Positions 1 to 10,397 of a stretch of DNA of 64,000 nt are shown here, in pieces. The translations under genes were made by a program, and so were the position numbers. Numbering within the stretch: the first letter of the stretch is position 1; every line of letters begins with the position of its first letter. The notes beneath the pieces were generated by a model. That model ran no database searches and was not told where the DNA came from. It saw only the letters and a program-made list of their open reading frames with translations. Origin of the DNA: Bryobacterales bacterium (lineage in GTDB: Bacteria; Acidobacteriota; Terriglobia; Bryobacterales; UBA6623); assembly GCA_965247515.1 (NCBI GenBank), contig OZ252029.1, positions 6,828,692 through 6,892,691 on the forward strand. The letters run 5' to 3'.

Positions 1-338
1 CCGCGCTGGCGGTTTTCGGAATCCTGATTGCCCCCCCGATGGAAGAGATCGTCTTTCGTGGATTCCTGTTTCGCGCGGTTGAGCATTCGCACGGGGCGCT
101 GGCCGCGGTTGGCGCGACTAGCCTGGTCTTCTCGCTGTTGCACGCCCAGCAATACGGCTATCACTGGCAGATTCTGTTGATTCTCTTCGGCGTCGGAGCG
201 GCGCTGGGGGCGATCCGGGCGACTTCGGGATCGTCGAAGGCGAGCGCCATCATCCACGCGGCCTACAACGCTACTTTGTTCGCCGGATTCTTCTTGGCGG
301 ACGAACAGGCGCTCGATCAGGTAGCCTGGATTTTCTAG
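1..338 (+). CDS. CPBP-family (CAAX/Abi) intramembrane protease, C-terminal part; the gene starts upstream of the window
   Basis: Protein has the EExxFRG and FxxxH-like motifs ([10 protein letters not shown] ... LLHAQQYG). The in-frame region continues to the window edge. Confidence 0.6.
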   Translation, partial: ALAVFGILIAPPMEEIVFRGFLFRAVEHSHGALAAVGATSLVFSLLHAQQYGYHWQILLILFGVGAALGAIRATSGSSKASAIIHAAYNATLFAGFFLADEQALDQVAWIF

Positions 339-342
339 GCTC

Positions 343-1374
343 ATGGTCAACACAATCGAGTGGACGCCGGAAGGCGTGGTCATGATCGACCAACGCGTTC
401 TGCCGGCGAAAGAACTTTTCATCACCTGCCGCAACTACGAGGAAGTTGCTGAAGCGATTCGAACGATGGTCATCCGCGGCGCGCCTGCGATCGGCTGCGC
501 TGCCGCGATGGGAGTGGCAATCGGCGTTCAGAACGCCGACAAGGACAATCTCGACGAGCAATTCGAGACGATCTGCGCGACGCTTGCCGCTACCCGTCCG
601 ACGGCGGTCAATCTATTTTGGGCGATCGACCGCATGAAGAAGCTCTACCAACGCGAACGGGCCGCTGGCGCCGGTCTCGAGGCCCTGCGCAAGACGTTGA
701 TCGCCGAGGCCGAAGAGGTTTTGCGCGAAGACATCGAGATCAACAAGGCAATCGGCCGCCATGGCGCTGCCTTGCTGCCCAATGGGGCGACGGTGATGAC
801 GCATTGCAACGCTGGCGCGCTTGCGACGGGCGGTTATGGGACGGCGCTGGGCGTCATCCGAGCGGCGATCGAAGGCGGCAACCCCGTGTCGGTGCTCGCG
901 AATGAGACGCGGCCGTTCATGCAAGGTTCCCGGCTAACCGTTTGGGAGCTGCAGCAGGATGATATTCCCGTGACGCTGCTGACCGACAACATGGCCGGGC
1001 ACACGTTGAAGTCCGGCAAAGTTGGAGCCGTCGTCGTTGGCGCCGACCGCATCGCGGGGAATGGCGACGTGGCGAACAAGATCGGCACCTACGCGGTTGC
1101 TGTTCTGGCGAAGGAGAACAACGTCCCGTTCTACGTTGCTGCGCCGATTTCGACGTTGGATATGAGCTTGGAGTCGGGCGACCAGATCCCGATCGAGGAG
1201 CGGGCCGCGGATGAGGTGACCCACATCCGCGGGCAGCAGATTGCCCCCGACGGGACCGACGTCATGAACCCGGCCTTTGATGTAACGCCGAACCGGTATG
1301 TATCGGGGATTATCACGGAGAAGGGCGTGGCGCGGGCGCCGTTTACCGAGACGTTGCGGGAGATGACGGCTTAG
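343..1374 (+). CDS. mtnA: S-methyl-5-thioribose-1-phosphate isomerase (eIF-2B alpha/beta/delta-like)
   Basis: 343-aa ORF with the full MtnA architecture: TIEW..VIDQR N-terminus and a GAxxIG motif. Clear family resemblance. Confidence 0.85.
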   Translation: MVNTIEWTPEGVVMIDQRVLPAKELFITCRNYEEVAEAIRTMVIRGAPAIGCAAAMGVAIGVQNADKDNLDEQFETICATLAATRPTAVNLFWAIDRMKKLYQRERAAGAGLEALRKTLIAEAEEVLREDIEINKAIGRHGAALLPNGATVMTHCNAGALATGGYGTALGVIRAAIEGGNPVSVLANETRPFMQGSRLTVWELQQDDIPVTLLTDNMAGHTLKSGKVGAVVVGADRIAGNGDVANKIGTYAVAVLAKENNVPFYVAAPISTLDMSLESGDQIPIEERAADEVTHIRGQQIAPDGTDVMNPAFDVTPNRYVSGIITEKGVARAPFTETLREMTA

Positions 1375-1390
1375 ACCTTCGCCGCCAGAT

Positions 1391-1487
1391 TGCGGAACCC
1401 GCTCCCTTGCGGTCGCGGCTCCGACGTCGCGAGTCAAACGCTAACCGGAAGGCGTCAGAGCCGCGACCGCAAGGGAGCGGGTTCCGC
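1391..1487. repeat. REP-like palindrome: 30-bp perfect inverted arms (gcggaacccgctcccttgcggtcgcggctc / gagccgcgaccgcaagggagcgggttccgc) between the convergent mtnA and dnaE2. Probably a bidirectional terminator.
   Basis: Direct reading of the sequence. The same core recurs at 29620-29690, 43975-44060, 54648-54830, 56131-56185 and at the IS5-like ends. Confidence 0.8.
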
Positions 1488-1512
1488 AATCCCCAGACGC
1501 GCGTGCAGGCGC

Positions 1513-4500
1513 TCAATGGAAATCATGCGACTCCATCGGGAGCGCCATTGCTTCCAAGGGTCGCACCCAATCCGTCTTGACCGAGATTGTCCCGTCGACC
1601 TTCTGCAAAACTCCTTCGGCGAGGATGAAGGTCTCGTTCATGACGACCGCGCGGTGATCTTGGAAGATCGGCGGCGTCAGGATCAGGTTCGAGACGCCCG
1701 TCTCGTCTTCGAGCGTGAGGAAGCAGAAGCCTTTTGCGGTCCCCGGGCGCTGGCGGGTGATGACGGCGCCGGCGACACGGACGCGGTGGCCGTGGCCGCG
1801 TGTGGCCAACTCGCTCGAGCGCAACACGCTGGGGTCGTCGAGCGCTTGGCGCAGGTAGTGCATCGGGTGCGGGCCGACGGTCATGCTCGAGCCGCGATAG
1901 TCGGCGTCGAGGCGCTCGAGAGGGGTCATCGTTGCCAGAGGTCCGGCCGGCGCCTCGTCCTCTTGCTGCTCGAAAAGAGGCCCCTTTGGCTTCCAGGCTT
2001 TTTCGATTTGCCAGAGGGCTTCGCGGCGGTGCATTTCGGGGTTCAGCGAGTTCAACGCGCCGAGCTCTGCGAGGATGTCGAGCTCGTTCTTGTTGAGCTT
2101 GGTTCGCTTGACGAAGTCTTCGACCGACCGGAATGGGCGCCGGCTGACGATGCGTTCGGCGGCTTCGCCTCGCAGGCTCGAGACGTACATCAGCCCGAGT
2201 CGAACGCTTTGTGAATCGACGCGGCTCTTGACGTCTGAATCGTTCACGTCGATCGCGCGGACACGGACGCCGTGGCGCTGGGCGTCTTTGACGAGCACGG
2301 CCGGCGAGTAGAATCCCATCGGCTGGCAGTTGAGCAGCGCCACGAGGAATTCGGCCGGGTAGTGGGCCTTCAAGTACGAGCTGGCGTAGGCCAGCAGGGC
2401 GAAGCTGGCGGCGTGCGATTCGGGGAAGCCATAGAGTGCGAAGGAGGTGATCGAGCGGATGATCTGCTCGGCGCCTTCGCCTACGATGCGGTTCTTGGCT
2501 AGCCCTGAGCGTAGGCGCTCTTCGATGTCTTGCATGCGTTCGACGGAGCGCTTGAATCCCATGGCGCGGCGTAGGCCTTCGGCTTCTCCACCGGAGAATC
2601 CTGCCGCGACCATCGCCATGCGTAAGAGCTGCTCTTGGAACAGCGGCACGCCGAGGGTTCGCTTGAGAATCGGCTCAAGCGAGGGGTGCGTGTACTCGAC
2701 TGGTTCGCGACCCAAGCGCCGGTTGATATAGGGATGAACCATCTTGCCGACGATCGGCCCTGGGCGAATGATGGCGACCTCCACGACGAGGTCGTAGAAG
2801 CACGCCGGACGCAGCCGCGGCAAGGTCGCCATCTGGGCTCGGCTCTCGATCTGGAAGACCCCAACGGTGTCGGCGCGCTGGATCATCTGGTAGGTTTTCG
2901 GGTCGTCCGGAGGGATCTTGGCCAAGTCGAATTCGCCGCCTTTGGATCGGATGATTGTCGTCGCTTCTTCGAGGGCGGCCATCATTCCGAGTCCGAGGAG
3001 ATCGACTTTGATGAGCCCCAGGTCGGCGCAGTCTTCCTTGTCCCACTGGACGACGACGCGGTCGGGCATGCGGGCGTTTTCGAGCGGGACGACGGAGTCG
3101 AGCTGGCCCTGGCAAATCACCATGCCGCCGGAGTGCTGGCCTAGGTGTCGCGGTAGGCCTTGCATCTCGAGACACAGCTTGGCCAGATGCATCACGCGAG
3201 GGTGGTCGGCGTCGAAGCCGGCGACTTTGACCTGGTTGACGAGCTTGTCGTGGTCGTCGGTGTACTCGAAGCTGTGGATGCATTTCGACAGCCACGCGAT
3301 CATCTCTTCGGGGAAGCCGAGCACCTTGCCGACTTCGCGGACGGCCATCTTCCCCCGATAGGTGATGACGTTGGCAGTCATGCCGGCCCCGCGTTTTCCG
3401 TAGCGGCTATAGACGTGTTGGATGACTCGCTCGCGCTGGTCGCCGGAGGGGAAGTCAACGTCGATGTCGGGCCATTCGCCGCGTTCTTCCGAGAGAAAAC
3501 GTTCGAAGAGCAGTTCCATGCCGACGGGGTCGACGGCGGTGATGCCGAGGCTGTAGCAGACGGCGGAATTGGCCGCCGAGCCGCGACCTTGGCAAAGGAT
3601 GCCGTTGCGCTTGGCAAACTCGACCATGTCCCAGACGATCAGGAAGTAGCCCTCAAGCTCGAGCCGGCGGATGACTTTTAGTTCCTTCTCGATTTGATGG
3701 CGGGCCGTTTCGCGGTGAGGGGAGTCGCGGTAGCGCTCCATCGCGCCCTTGATGGTCATCTGGCGCAGGTAGGAGGTCGGCGTCTCGCCCGCCGGCAGCG
3801 GATATTTCGGAAATTCGTATCCTAAATTCGCCAATGTGAAGTCGAGCCGCACCCCAAGCTCATCCGTGTTGGCGAGGGCCTCGGGGATGTCGCGGAAGAG
3901 CTCGGCGATGTGTGGCGGGGGCTTGAGGTAACGCTCGGCGTTGGAATCGAGCAGGCGGCCGACTTGGTCGAGCTTCTTTTTCAGCCGCAAGCAGGTGAAG
4001 ATGTCGAACATTGGCTTGCGGCGCTCGACGGCGTAGCGGACCCCGTTCGTCGCGATCAGCGGGAGTCCGTGGCGGCGCGCGAATTCAATGCGGGCTTGGT
4101 TGTCTTTCTCTTGCTCGCGGCGGTGGTGGCGCTGGAGCTCGACGTAGACGTTGCGCCGGCCGAAGATGCCGCGAACCGGGTCTTCGTCACGCAGGTCGTG
4201 CAGTAGAGCGACCAGACCCAGGGAGAAGTCGTCGATGTCTTCCCAGGCGGCGCGCCCTTCGCCCTTGGGGGCGCGGAGGTTCATGCGCGTGAGCAGGCGG
4301 CAGAGGTTCTGGTAGCCCGTGCGGTTTTCGACTAGGACGGTCAGGCGACGGTCGAGCGAGGCGTTGGGGGTTCCCTTCTTGATTCCTGGTTGGTGGAGGG
4401 AGATCTCGGCGCCGACAAGCGGCTTGATTTTGGCCTTGCGGGCGGCTTGGAAGAATCGCGGGGCACCGGAGACCGAATCTCGGTCGCAGAGGGCGATGGC

Positions 4501-4599
4501 CTGATAGTTCAGACGAGCCGCTTCGTTGACAAGGTCTTCCGGGTCGGAGGCGCCTTCGAGGAAACTGAACCCCGAGGCTGCATGAAGTTCGACAGCCAC
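1513..4599 (-). CDS. dnaE2: Error-prone DNA polymerase III alpha subunit DnaE2 (ImuC)
   Basis: 1028-aa ORF with an N-terminal PHP domain (MAVELHAASGFSFLEGAS) followed by the Pol III alpha core. The length is typical of ImuC rather than replicative DnaE. Confidence 0.85.
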   Translation of the reverse strand: MAVELHAASGFSFLEGASDPEDLVNEAARLNYQAIALCDRDSVSGAPRFFQAARKAKIKPLVGAEISLHQPGIKKGTPNASLDRRLTVLVENRTGYQNLCRLLTRMNLRAPKGEGRAAWEDIDDFSLGLVALLHDLRDEDPVRGIFGRRNVYVELQRHHRREQEKDNQARIEFARRHGLPLIATNGVRYAVERRKPMFDIFTCLRLKKKLDQVGRLLDSNAERYLKPPPHIAELFRDIPEALANTDELGVRLDFTLANLGYEFPKYPLPAGETPTSYLRQMTIKGAMERYRDSPHRETARHQIEKELKVIRRLELEGYFLIVWDMVEFAKRNGILCQGRGSAANSAVCYSLGITAVDPVGMELLFERFLSEERGEWPDIDVDFPSGDQRERVIQHVYSRYGKRGAGMTANVITYRGKMAVREVGKVLGFPEEMIAWLSKCIHSFEYTDDHDKLVNQVKVAGFDADHPRVMHLAKLCLEMQGLPRHLGQHSGGMVICQGQLDSVVPLENARMPDRVVVQWDKEDCADLGLIKVDLLGLGMMAALEEATTIIRSKGGEFDLAKIPPDDPKTYQMIQRADTVGVFQIESRAQMATLPRLRPACFYDLVVEVAIIRPGPIVGKMVHPYINRRLGREPVEYTHPSLEPILKRTLGVPLFQEQLLRMAMVAAGFSGGEAEGLRRAMGFKRSVERMQDIEERLRSGLAKNRIVGEGAEQIIRSITSFALYGFPESHAASFALLAYASSYLKAHYPAEFLVALLNCQPMGFYSPAVLVKDAQRHGVRVRAIDVNDSDVKSRVDSQSVRLGLMYVSSLRGEAAERIVSRRPFRSVEDFVKRTKLNKNELDILAELGALNSLNPEMHRREALWQIEKAWKPKGPLFEQQEDEAPAGPLATMTPLERLDADYRGSSMTVGPHPMHYLRQALDDPSVLRSSELATRGHGHRVRVAGAVITRQRPGTAKGFCFLTLEDETGVSNLILTPPIFQDHRAVVMNETFILAEGVLQKVDGTISVKTDWVRPLEAMALPMESHDFH

Positions 4600-4808
4600 G
4601 CGTGGGGAGTTAGTTTATTCGCTAAATGTTCGCCTGTCAAGATGCAGAGCCATGGACGGAAGTCCATGGTCAGGACGCTTATGCCGCACAGATAAGACCA
4701 TGTGAGTTTGGCATTCTGAATTGGCCCCTTTCGGCGCCCTGATTTGGCCCCCCTAGAACAATCAACGGATACTCTGTTTGCGGGAATCGCCCGCAACGGA
4801 GGAACGAA

Positions 4809-6321
4809 TTGGACTGGAGGAGCAAAGTGGAACTATTCGAAGAGATTCGACGCGAGTACGAATTCGGCGTGGGGACGATCAAGGGGGTGGCGCGCAAGCT
4901 GGGCGTGCACCGGCGGATGGTGCGCGAGGCGGTAGCCAGCGCGCTGCCGCCGCCGCGCAAGAAGCCGGCGCCGGCGGTGGGGTTCATCGACCGCATTCTC
5001 AAAGAGGACCGCAAGGCGCCGCGTAAGCAGCGTCACACGGCGCACCGTATCTGGAACCGGATACGGGAGGAAACCAGTTGCGAAGTGGCCGAGCGCACGG
5101 TGCGGCAGTACGTTCAAGAGCGCAAGCGTGAGTTGGGATTGGAGAAGCGCGAGACGTTCGTGCCGCAAAGCTACGACTGGGGCCAAGAAGCGCAGGTGGA
5201 CTGGTACGAGTCGTGGGCCGAGATGGACGGCGAGCGCGTGAAGCTGCAAGTGTTCACGATGCGCTCGATGGCGAGCGGCGCGGCCTTTCATCGCGCCTAT
5301 CGGCGCGCGACGCAGCAGGCGTTTCTGGAAGCGCACGAGCTGGCCTTGGCCTACTTTGGCGGGGTGTTTCGGACATTGAGGTACGATAATCTCTCTTCGG
5401 CGGTGAAGCGGATTCTGCGCGGCGCGCGACGCGAGGAGACGGCGCGCTTCGTGGCTTTTCGTTCGCATTGGCGCTTCGCCTCCGAGTTCTGCACGCCGGG
5501 GAAAGGCAACGAGAAAGGGGGCGTGGAAGGCGAGGTGAGACGTTACCGCCGCAACCACCCCGGTGCCGCTGCCTGAAGCCAAGACGCTGGACGAGCTCAA
5601 CAGCAAGCTGCTCGAAGGCTGCCGCGAAGACGAAGCGCGCACGGTCGCCGGACGGGCGCAAACGGTCGGCGAGGGAATGCTGATCGAACGCGAGCGGCTG
5701 TTGGGGTTGGCGGCGGAAGGCTTTGAGATCGAAGTGTCGAGCTTCCCGAAGGTTGACGCGACAGGCTGCGTCAAGGTGCGCACGAACTTCTACTCGACGC
5801 CGCTGCGTCCGGGAACCAGGGCGCAGGCGAAGATCTACGCCGAGTCGGTCGAGGTCTGGCACGAAGGTCGTCGCATCGCGCGACATGAGCGCAGCTACTC
5901 TCGGCAGCAGAAGATCTTTAATTTGGAGCATTACCTCGACGTATTGGCCCACAAGCCGGGAGCGCTGGCGGGCTCGACGCCGCTGGAACAATGGCGCCAA
6001 GCCGGGCGTTGGCCGGCGAGCTACGACACGTTATGGGCGAAGTTGATCCAGCGCCATGACAAGCAAGCGGGGACGCAACAGATGATCGAGCTGTTGCAAG
6101 AGGGCAAACGCCACGGTTGGGACAAGCTGAGCGAGGCGATCGAGAAAGCGCTCGAGTGCGGCTGCTGCGATCAGGCGGCGGTGCGTTACTTGCTGACCTC
6201 GCAGTGCCTCGAACGGCTAGCTCAGCCGCCGCTGGTGGCGCCGGAGCTGGAACGCTTTGAGCGGCCCTTGCCGACGCTGACGAACTACGATCAGTTGCTG
6301 GCGGCGGAGGCGGTGCAATGA
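4809..6321 (+). pseudogene. istA: IS21 transposase IstA, split by a +1 frameshift near 5555-5575 (extra C in a caccccg run)
   Basis: Two ORFs (4809-5576, 5563-6321) together give the IstA architecture: an HTH N-terminus, the DDE region, then ..RRYRRNH | [14 protein letters not shown]. Removing one C restores the frame. Confidence 0.7.
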
Positions 6322-7106
6322 GCGCCCGCAAATCCAGCGCCCCCAACGAAAGCCTGGCGGCGCAGGCCATCCAACAACAGTGCAAGCTGCTGCGGCTGCC
6401 GACGGTGGGCGCGCAATTCGAGACGTTGGCCAAACAAGCCATACGCGAGAGACAAACGCCGGTCGGCTATCTCGAAGCGCTGCTAAGCGCGGAGTTGGAA
6501 GAGCGCGAGCGACGTACGGTGGATCGTCGCTTACGCGAAGCGCGGCTGCCTCGCATGAAGACGCTCGAGGAGTTCGACTTCTCCGAGACGAAGGCGGTCT
6601 CGGCCCCGCAGCTAACCGAGTTGGCCGAAGGCGGCTACATCGAGAGTTCGGAACCGATCCTGTTTCTCGGCGATTGCGGCACGGGCAAGACCCACCTGAT
6701 GACGGGCCTGTGCGTGGCGGCCTGCCTGCAGAAACGGCGGGTGCGCTTCACCACGGCGTCGGCGCTGGTCAACGAACTCGTCGAAGCCAAGCAGCAAATG
6801 CAGCTGAGTCGAGTGCTCGCACGCTGGTCCCGCTACGAGCTGATTGCGATCGACGAAGTGGGTTACGTGCCGCTCGCGGAGGTGGGAGCGGAGTTCCTGT
6901 TCCAAGTCATCGCTGATCGCGCGGAGAAGGCGGCGCTAATGCTAACGACCAACCTGCCGTTCTCGGAGTGGACGAAGGTGATCCCGAACACACGGCTATG
7001 TAAGGCGCTGTTGGATCGCATCACCGACCGCGCTCACATCATCGAGACGGGCGAGGAGTCCTACCGCTTTCGTAGGACGCTGGCGAAGAAGAAGCGAGGG
7101 CGGTAG
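6318..7106 (+). CDS. istB: IS21 helper ATPase IstB
   Basis: Walker A motif [10 protein letters not shown] and the DnaA-like AAA+ helper architecture. Its start overlaps the istA stop (ATGA). Confidence 0.85.
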   Translation: MSARKSSAPNESLAAQAIQQQCKLLRLPTVGAQFETLAKQAIRERQTPVGYLEALLSAELEERERRTVDRRLREARLPRMKTLEEFDFSETKAVSAPQLTELAEGGYIESSEPILFLGDCGTGKTHLMTGLCVAACLQKRRVRFTTASALVNELVEAKQQMQLSRVLARWSRYELIAIDEVGYVPLAEVGAEFLFQVIADRAEKAALMLTTNLPFSEWTKVIPNTRLCKALLDRITDRAHIIETGEESYRFRRTLAKKKRGR

Positions 7107-7346
7107 CAAGGAGGGCGCTCGTTTTTGGGGACATCGTCCTGCGCTTCGCCCTTCGGGCTCCGCTCCGGACCACGTCCCCAAAAACGAAAGGAGGTGACCT
7201 GAAATCAATGACTTAGAGGCCCGTTTACAGGGGGGCCAAAATAAACCGCCGAAGTGGGCCAAGTGAAGTTGCCAAAAACAACCATGGACTTCCGTCCATG
7301 GCTCTGTTGCCGGTTGTGCGACTTTGGCCGTAGTTGCAGCGCAAAC

Positions 7347-7598
7347 TCAGCGAGCCTGGTCGCTTTCCATCATTGTTCGCAGCATCGCGTTCATACGGGT
7401 CTGATAACCCTTCCCTTTGGACTTGAGCCAGTCCAGCACGTCAGGATCAATCCGGACGTAGATACCCTTCTTAGGCACGGGCATGCGCAGTTCGGCGCGC
7501 TTCCAGAAATCTTCATCGAGCTCCGGGATATCGGAATAGTCGATGTCCTCGTCCTTGATCGCCGCGATTTCCTCAAGCCGTTCTTTCGAGATACTCAT
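7347..7598 (-). CDS. brnA: BrnA-like antitoxin (DUF4415/COG3514)
   Basis: 83-aa protein with the DYSDIPELDEDFW motif and a RHH-like C-terminus. It overlaps the upstream toxin gene by 26 nt. Confidence 0.6.
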   Translation of the reverse strand: MSISKERLEEIAAIKDEDIDYSDIPELDEDFWKRAELRMPVPKKGIYVRIDPDVLDWLKSKGKGYQTRMNAMLRTMMESDQAR

Positions 7599-7881
7599 AG
7601 TAGTCCTGCTTTTCTTTGCGGTTAGCCCTACGTGCAGAAATCAACCGGATACGCCCGCTGCGGTCCGTATGAACAACGACAATGATCACCAGCGTCCCCA
7701 GACGGCCAGTGCTGACGAACCGCTCCTCGCCGTAGTCGGTGTGTGCGTCCAGAGCAGTGAGCATTTGGCCGTCGAAGATGGCTGAAGCTTCCTCGAAACT
7801 GATGCCGTGTTTCTTTCGATTGCTTCGGTCCTTCTCCGTATCCCACTCGAAACGCGCATCCATCGAACCGGACCATGTCAT
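7573..7881 (-). CDS. brnT: BrnT-like ribonuclease toxin (DUF497/COG2929)
   Basis: 102-aa product MTWSGSMDARFEWDTEKDRSNRKKHGISFEEA.. matches the BrnT fold signature. Toxin-then-antitoxin order is typical of brnTA. Confidence 0.6.
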   Translation of the reverse strand: MTWSGSMDARFEWDTEKDRSNRKKHGISFEEASAIFDGQMLTALDAHTDYGEERFVSTGRLGTLVIIVVVHTDRSGRIRLISARRANRKEKQDYYEYLERTA

Positions 7882-7918
7882 GAGTATATACCTTCTGTGT
7901 ATACAACTAAGAGCAGGC

Positions 7919-8707
7919 CTAGAGTGAATAGCGCCAGCCGCCGTCGGGGCTGATGACTTCGCCGGTGAGATGCCGCGACCCATCCCCGAGCAAGAACAGC
8001 GACAGCTCAGCCACCCCCTCCACATCAAGGATCCCACCGGTCAAGGCCTGGCGCTCTTCGAGGTACTTCCTAACGACGGGATCGGCCTGGGCTCGTGCTG
8101 TGAGGGGAGTTTTGACGACTGCCGGAGCAATAGCGTTCACCCGGATCTTGTCGCGCGCGTAGTGAGCCGCCATGGTCCGTGTCAGCCCAATGATCGCCGC
8201 TTTGCTAGTGGCATAGGCGTGAGTCTCGAAGTGGAAGGCCGCCGGCGCCACGGCCTGGATGCTCGACATGTTCAGCACGACGCCACGTTGCCCGGTTTCG
8301 GGGAGTGGGTCCTGGTCGAGCATCGCCGCGACGGTCGCGCGGGTCAGCAGGAATAAGCTGCGAACGTTGGCCTGCATCGAGAGATCCCAGGCTTCGACGC
8401 TGCACTTGTGGATGGGGCCGTCACCCATCTTGCGGGCGCTGATTCCGGCGACGTTGTAGAGGGCGTCGATGCGTCCAAAGCGCTTGAGGCAGGCTTCGAC
8501 CGTTCGCTCTGAGGTTTCCGGCTCGGCTAGGTCTCCGGTTGTGAATGCGCTCTCGCCGCCGGCGGATTCGATTTCGTCGGCGAGGGTTTGGCAGCGCTCC
8601 TCGTTGCGGCTGACGAAGAACACCTTTGCACCCCGCGAGGCCCCAAGCTTGGCCGTCTCGGCGGCGATTCCGCGGGAGCCGCTAATGAGCAGAACGCGGT
8701 TGGTCAT
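7919..8707 (-). CDS. SDR-family short-chain dehydrogenase/reductase
   Basis: GSRGIA glycine-rich NAD(P) motif, NVAG, and YATSK (YxxxK) catalytic motif. The likely start is MTNRVLLISGS. Confidence 0.75.
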   Translation of the reverse strand: MTNRVLLISGSRGIAAETAKLGASRGAKVFFVSRNEERCQTLADEIESAGGESAFTTGDLAEPETSERTVEACLKRFGRIDALYNVAGISARKMGDGPIHKCSVEAWDLSMQANVRSLFLLTRATVAAMLDQDPLPETGQRGVVLNMSSIQAVAPAAFHFETHAYATSKAAIIGLTRTMAAHYARDKIRVNAIAPAVVKTPLTARAQADPVVRKYLEERQALTGGILDVEGVAELSLFLLGDGSRHLTGEVISPDGGWRYSL

Positions 8708-8741
8708 CGTACTGTTGTAGCCTGCCGGAGCATGCATCGCA

Positions 8742-8848
8742 GACGTGGCGTACGGCTATGCCGTGCCGCCTTGCGCTTGTAGCGCAAGGTCTCCTTGAAA
8801 CCTTGCGCTACAAGCGCAAGGCGGCACGGCATAGCCGTACGCCACGTC
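8742..8848. repeat. 49-bp perfect inverted repeat with a 9-nt loop (nested ttgcgcttgtagcgcaa palindrome) between the amidase stop and the SDR start
   Basis: gacgtggcgtacggctatgccgtgccgccttgcgcttgtagcgcaaggt - ctccttgaa - exact reverse complement. Confidence 0.9.
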
Positions 8849-8855
8849 AGTTTCT

Positions 8856-10397
8856 TCACGGGGAGGGTTCCGGCGCTGTTGGGCGGAACGTTGGCGGTTT
8901 ACGGTGATGGGTAGCCTGCTCGTAGGCGTAGGCCAGGGCGATCAGCTTCGGCTCGCTCATCGCGGGGCCGAACAGCGACAGGCCGACGGGAAGCCCGCCA
9001 ATCCGCCCCGCGGGAACGGTGATATGGGGGTAGCCCGCGCGCGCGGCTAGGCTGGCCGAGCCGAACGACGAGCTATCGCCCTTGACCAGGTCGGTCTTCC
9101 AGGCCGGGCCGGTGCTGGGGGCGACGATCGCGTCGAGCCCGTATTCTTCGACTGGGTCGTCGATGCCGGTTTTCGCGACACGCTGGGTCAGCTCGAAGGC
9201 CTCCAGATACGCCGCGTCGGTCAGAGGCCCCTTCGCCTCGGCCTGTTCGAAAAGCTCCTGGCCGAAGTGCGCCAGCTCGCGATCGCTGTTGAGCTCGTTG
9301 AACTCGATGGCCTCGCGCAGGCTGTTGATCGCCGTCCCTGGACGAGCGGCGAGGTATTTGTTGAGCCCGTCTTTGAATTCGTAGAGCAGCACCTCGAGCG
9401 GCGCCCGCCGGAAATTCTTCGCAGTGGGGATGGCCCCTAGCTCGATCAGCTCGGCCCCGGCTTGTCGCATCACATCCAGCGCGGATTCGATCAGCGAGTC
9501 GACTTCTTCGAGATAGCCGAACATCCCCCGAGCGACTCCAACGCGCGCTCCCGACAGCACTCCCGCATCCAGGAATTGCGAGTAGTCCGTGGGCGGCGCC
9601 AGGGCCGACAGCAGGATGGCCGCGTCAGCCACCGTGCGCGCCATCGGTCCGGCCGTATCTTGGGAGTGCGAGATCGGAATGATTCCCGCCTGGGGGACGA
9701 GTCCAACGGTTGGCTTGATCCCAACAATGCCGTTGATCGACGACGGACAGATGATCGAGCCGCTGGTCTCGGTCCCGATCGCGACGGCGCAAAGATCCGC
9801 CGCAACGGCCGCTCCCGAGCCCGAGCTCGAGCCGCAAGTGTTGTGGTCGAGCGCGTAGGGGTTACGGGTCAACCCGCCGCGGGCGCTCCAGCCGCTGGTG
9901 GAGTTTGACGACCTGAAATTCGCCCATTCGCTTAGGTTGGTCTTGCCAAGGATTACCGCCCCGGCCCTGCGCAACCGTGCGGCGACAGCGGAGTCCCGCG
10001 GCGCTGGAGCTCCAACCAGCGCTAGTGATCCGGCGGTGGTCTGCATGCGGTCGCCGGTGTCGATGTTGTCCTTGATGAGGATGGGGACGCCATGCAGAGG
10101 ACCGCGGGGTCCCTTCGATCGCCGCTCTTGGTCAAGCTCGTCCGCAATGGCCAAGGCGTCCGGGTTAACCTCGATCACGGAGTTTAGGCTAGGCCCGGAT
10201 CGATCAATCTCCTCAATGCGCTCGAGGTAGCGCTCGACCTGAGCTCGCGCCGTCTCACCGTCGAGTTGGGCGGCGGGCTGTTCCACGGGGCCTTGCCAAG
10301 CGCAGCCAACTCCCCCGGCGGCGCTAAGTTGTACAAACGTTCGACGAGACCACAAGCGTATCACTGCGAGTAATTGTACCGCCGCTGTATTTCTCAT
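8856..10397 (-). CDS. Amidase-signature family amidase, secreted (Tat/Sec-like N-terminus)
   Basis: GGSSSGSGAAVAA amidase signature, a Ser-cisSer-Lys family motif, and a signal-like N-terminus. Confidence 0.75.
   Translation of the reverse strand: MRNTAAVQLLAVIRLWSRRTFVQLSAAGGVGCAWQGPVEQPAAQLDGETARAQVERYLERIEEIDRSGPSLNSVIEVNPDALAIADELDQERRSKGPRGPLHGVPILIKDNIDTGDRMQTTAGSLALVGAPAPRDSAVAARLRRAGAVILGKTNLSEWANFRSSNSTSGWSARGGLTRNPYALDHNTCGSSSGSGAAVAADLCAVAIGTETSGSIICPSSINGIVGIKPTVGLVPQAGIIPISHSQDTAGPMARTVADAAILLSALAPPTDYSQFLDAGVLSGARVGVARGMFGYLEEVDSLIESALDVMRQAGAELIELGAIPTAKNFRRAPLEVLLYEFKDGLNKYLAARPGTAINSLREAIEFNELNSDRELAHFGQELFEQAEAKGPLTDAAYLEAFELTQRVAKTGIDDPVEEYGLDAIVAPSTGPAWKTDLVKGDSSSFGSASLAARAGYPHITVPAGRIGGLPVGLSLFGPAMSEPKLIALAYAYEQATHHRKPPTFRPTAPEPSP

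Larger units (their letters stand above)
4645..7307 (+). mobile_element. IS21-family insertion sequence (about 2.66 kb)
   Basis: 25-bp perfect terminal inverted repeat cagagccatggacggaagtccatgg at 4645-4669 and 7283-7307. Internal multiple ttggccc repeats and an istA-istB gene pair. Confidence 0.8.

Noticed and set aside
271-2214. Numerous antisense or overlapping ORFs within mtnA and dnaE2 (e.g. 271-561, 934-1437, 1390-2214)
   Set aside because: These are typical high-GC spurious open frames. They have Arg/Ala/Pro-rich compositions and fully overlap genes of known function.
4600-4644. Imperfect palindrome ttagtttattcgctaaa upstream of dnaE2 as a possible LexA/SOS box
   Set aside because: It does not match the CTGT-N8-ACAG, GAAC-N4-GTTC or GTTC-N7-GTTC consensus. 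It is too degenerate to call without knowing the clade's LexA motif.
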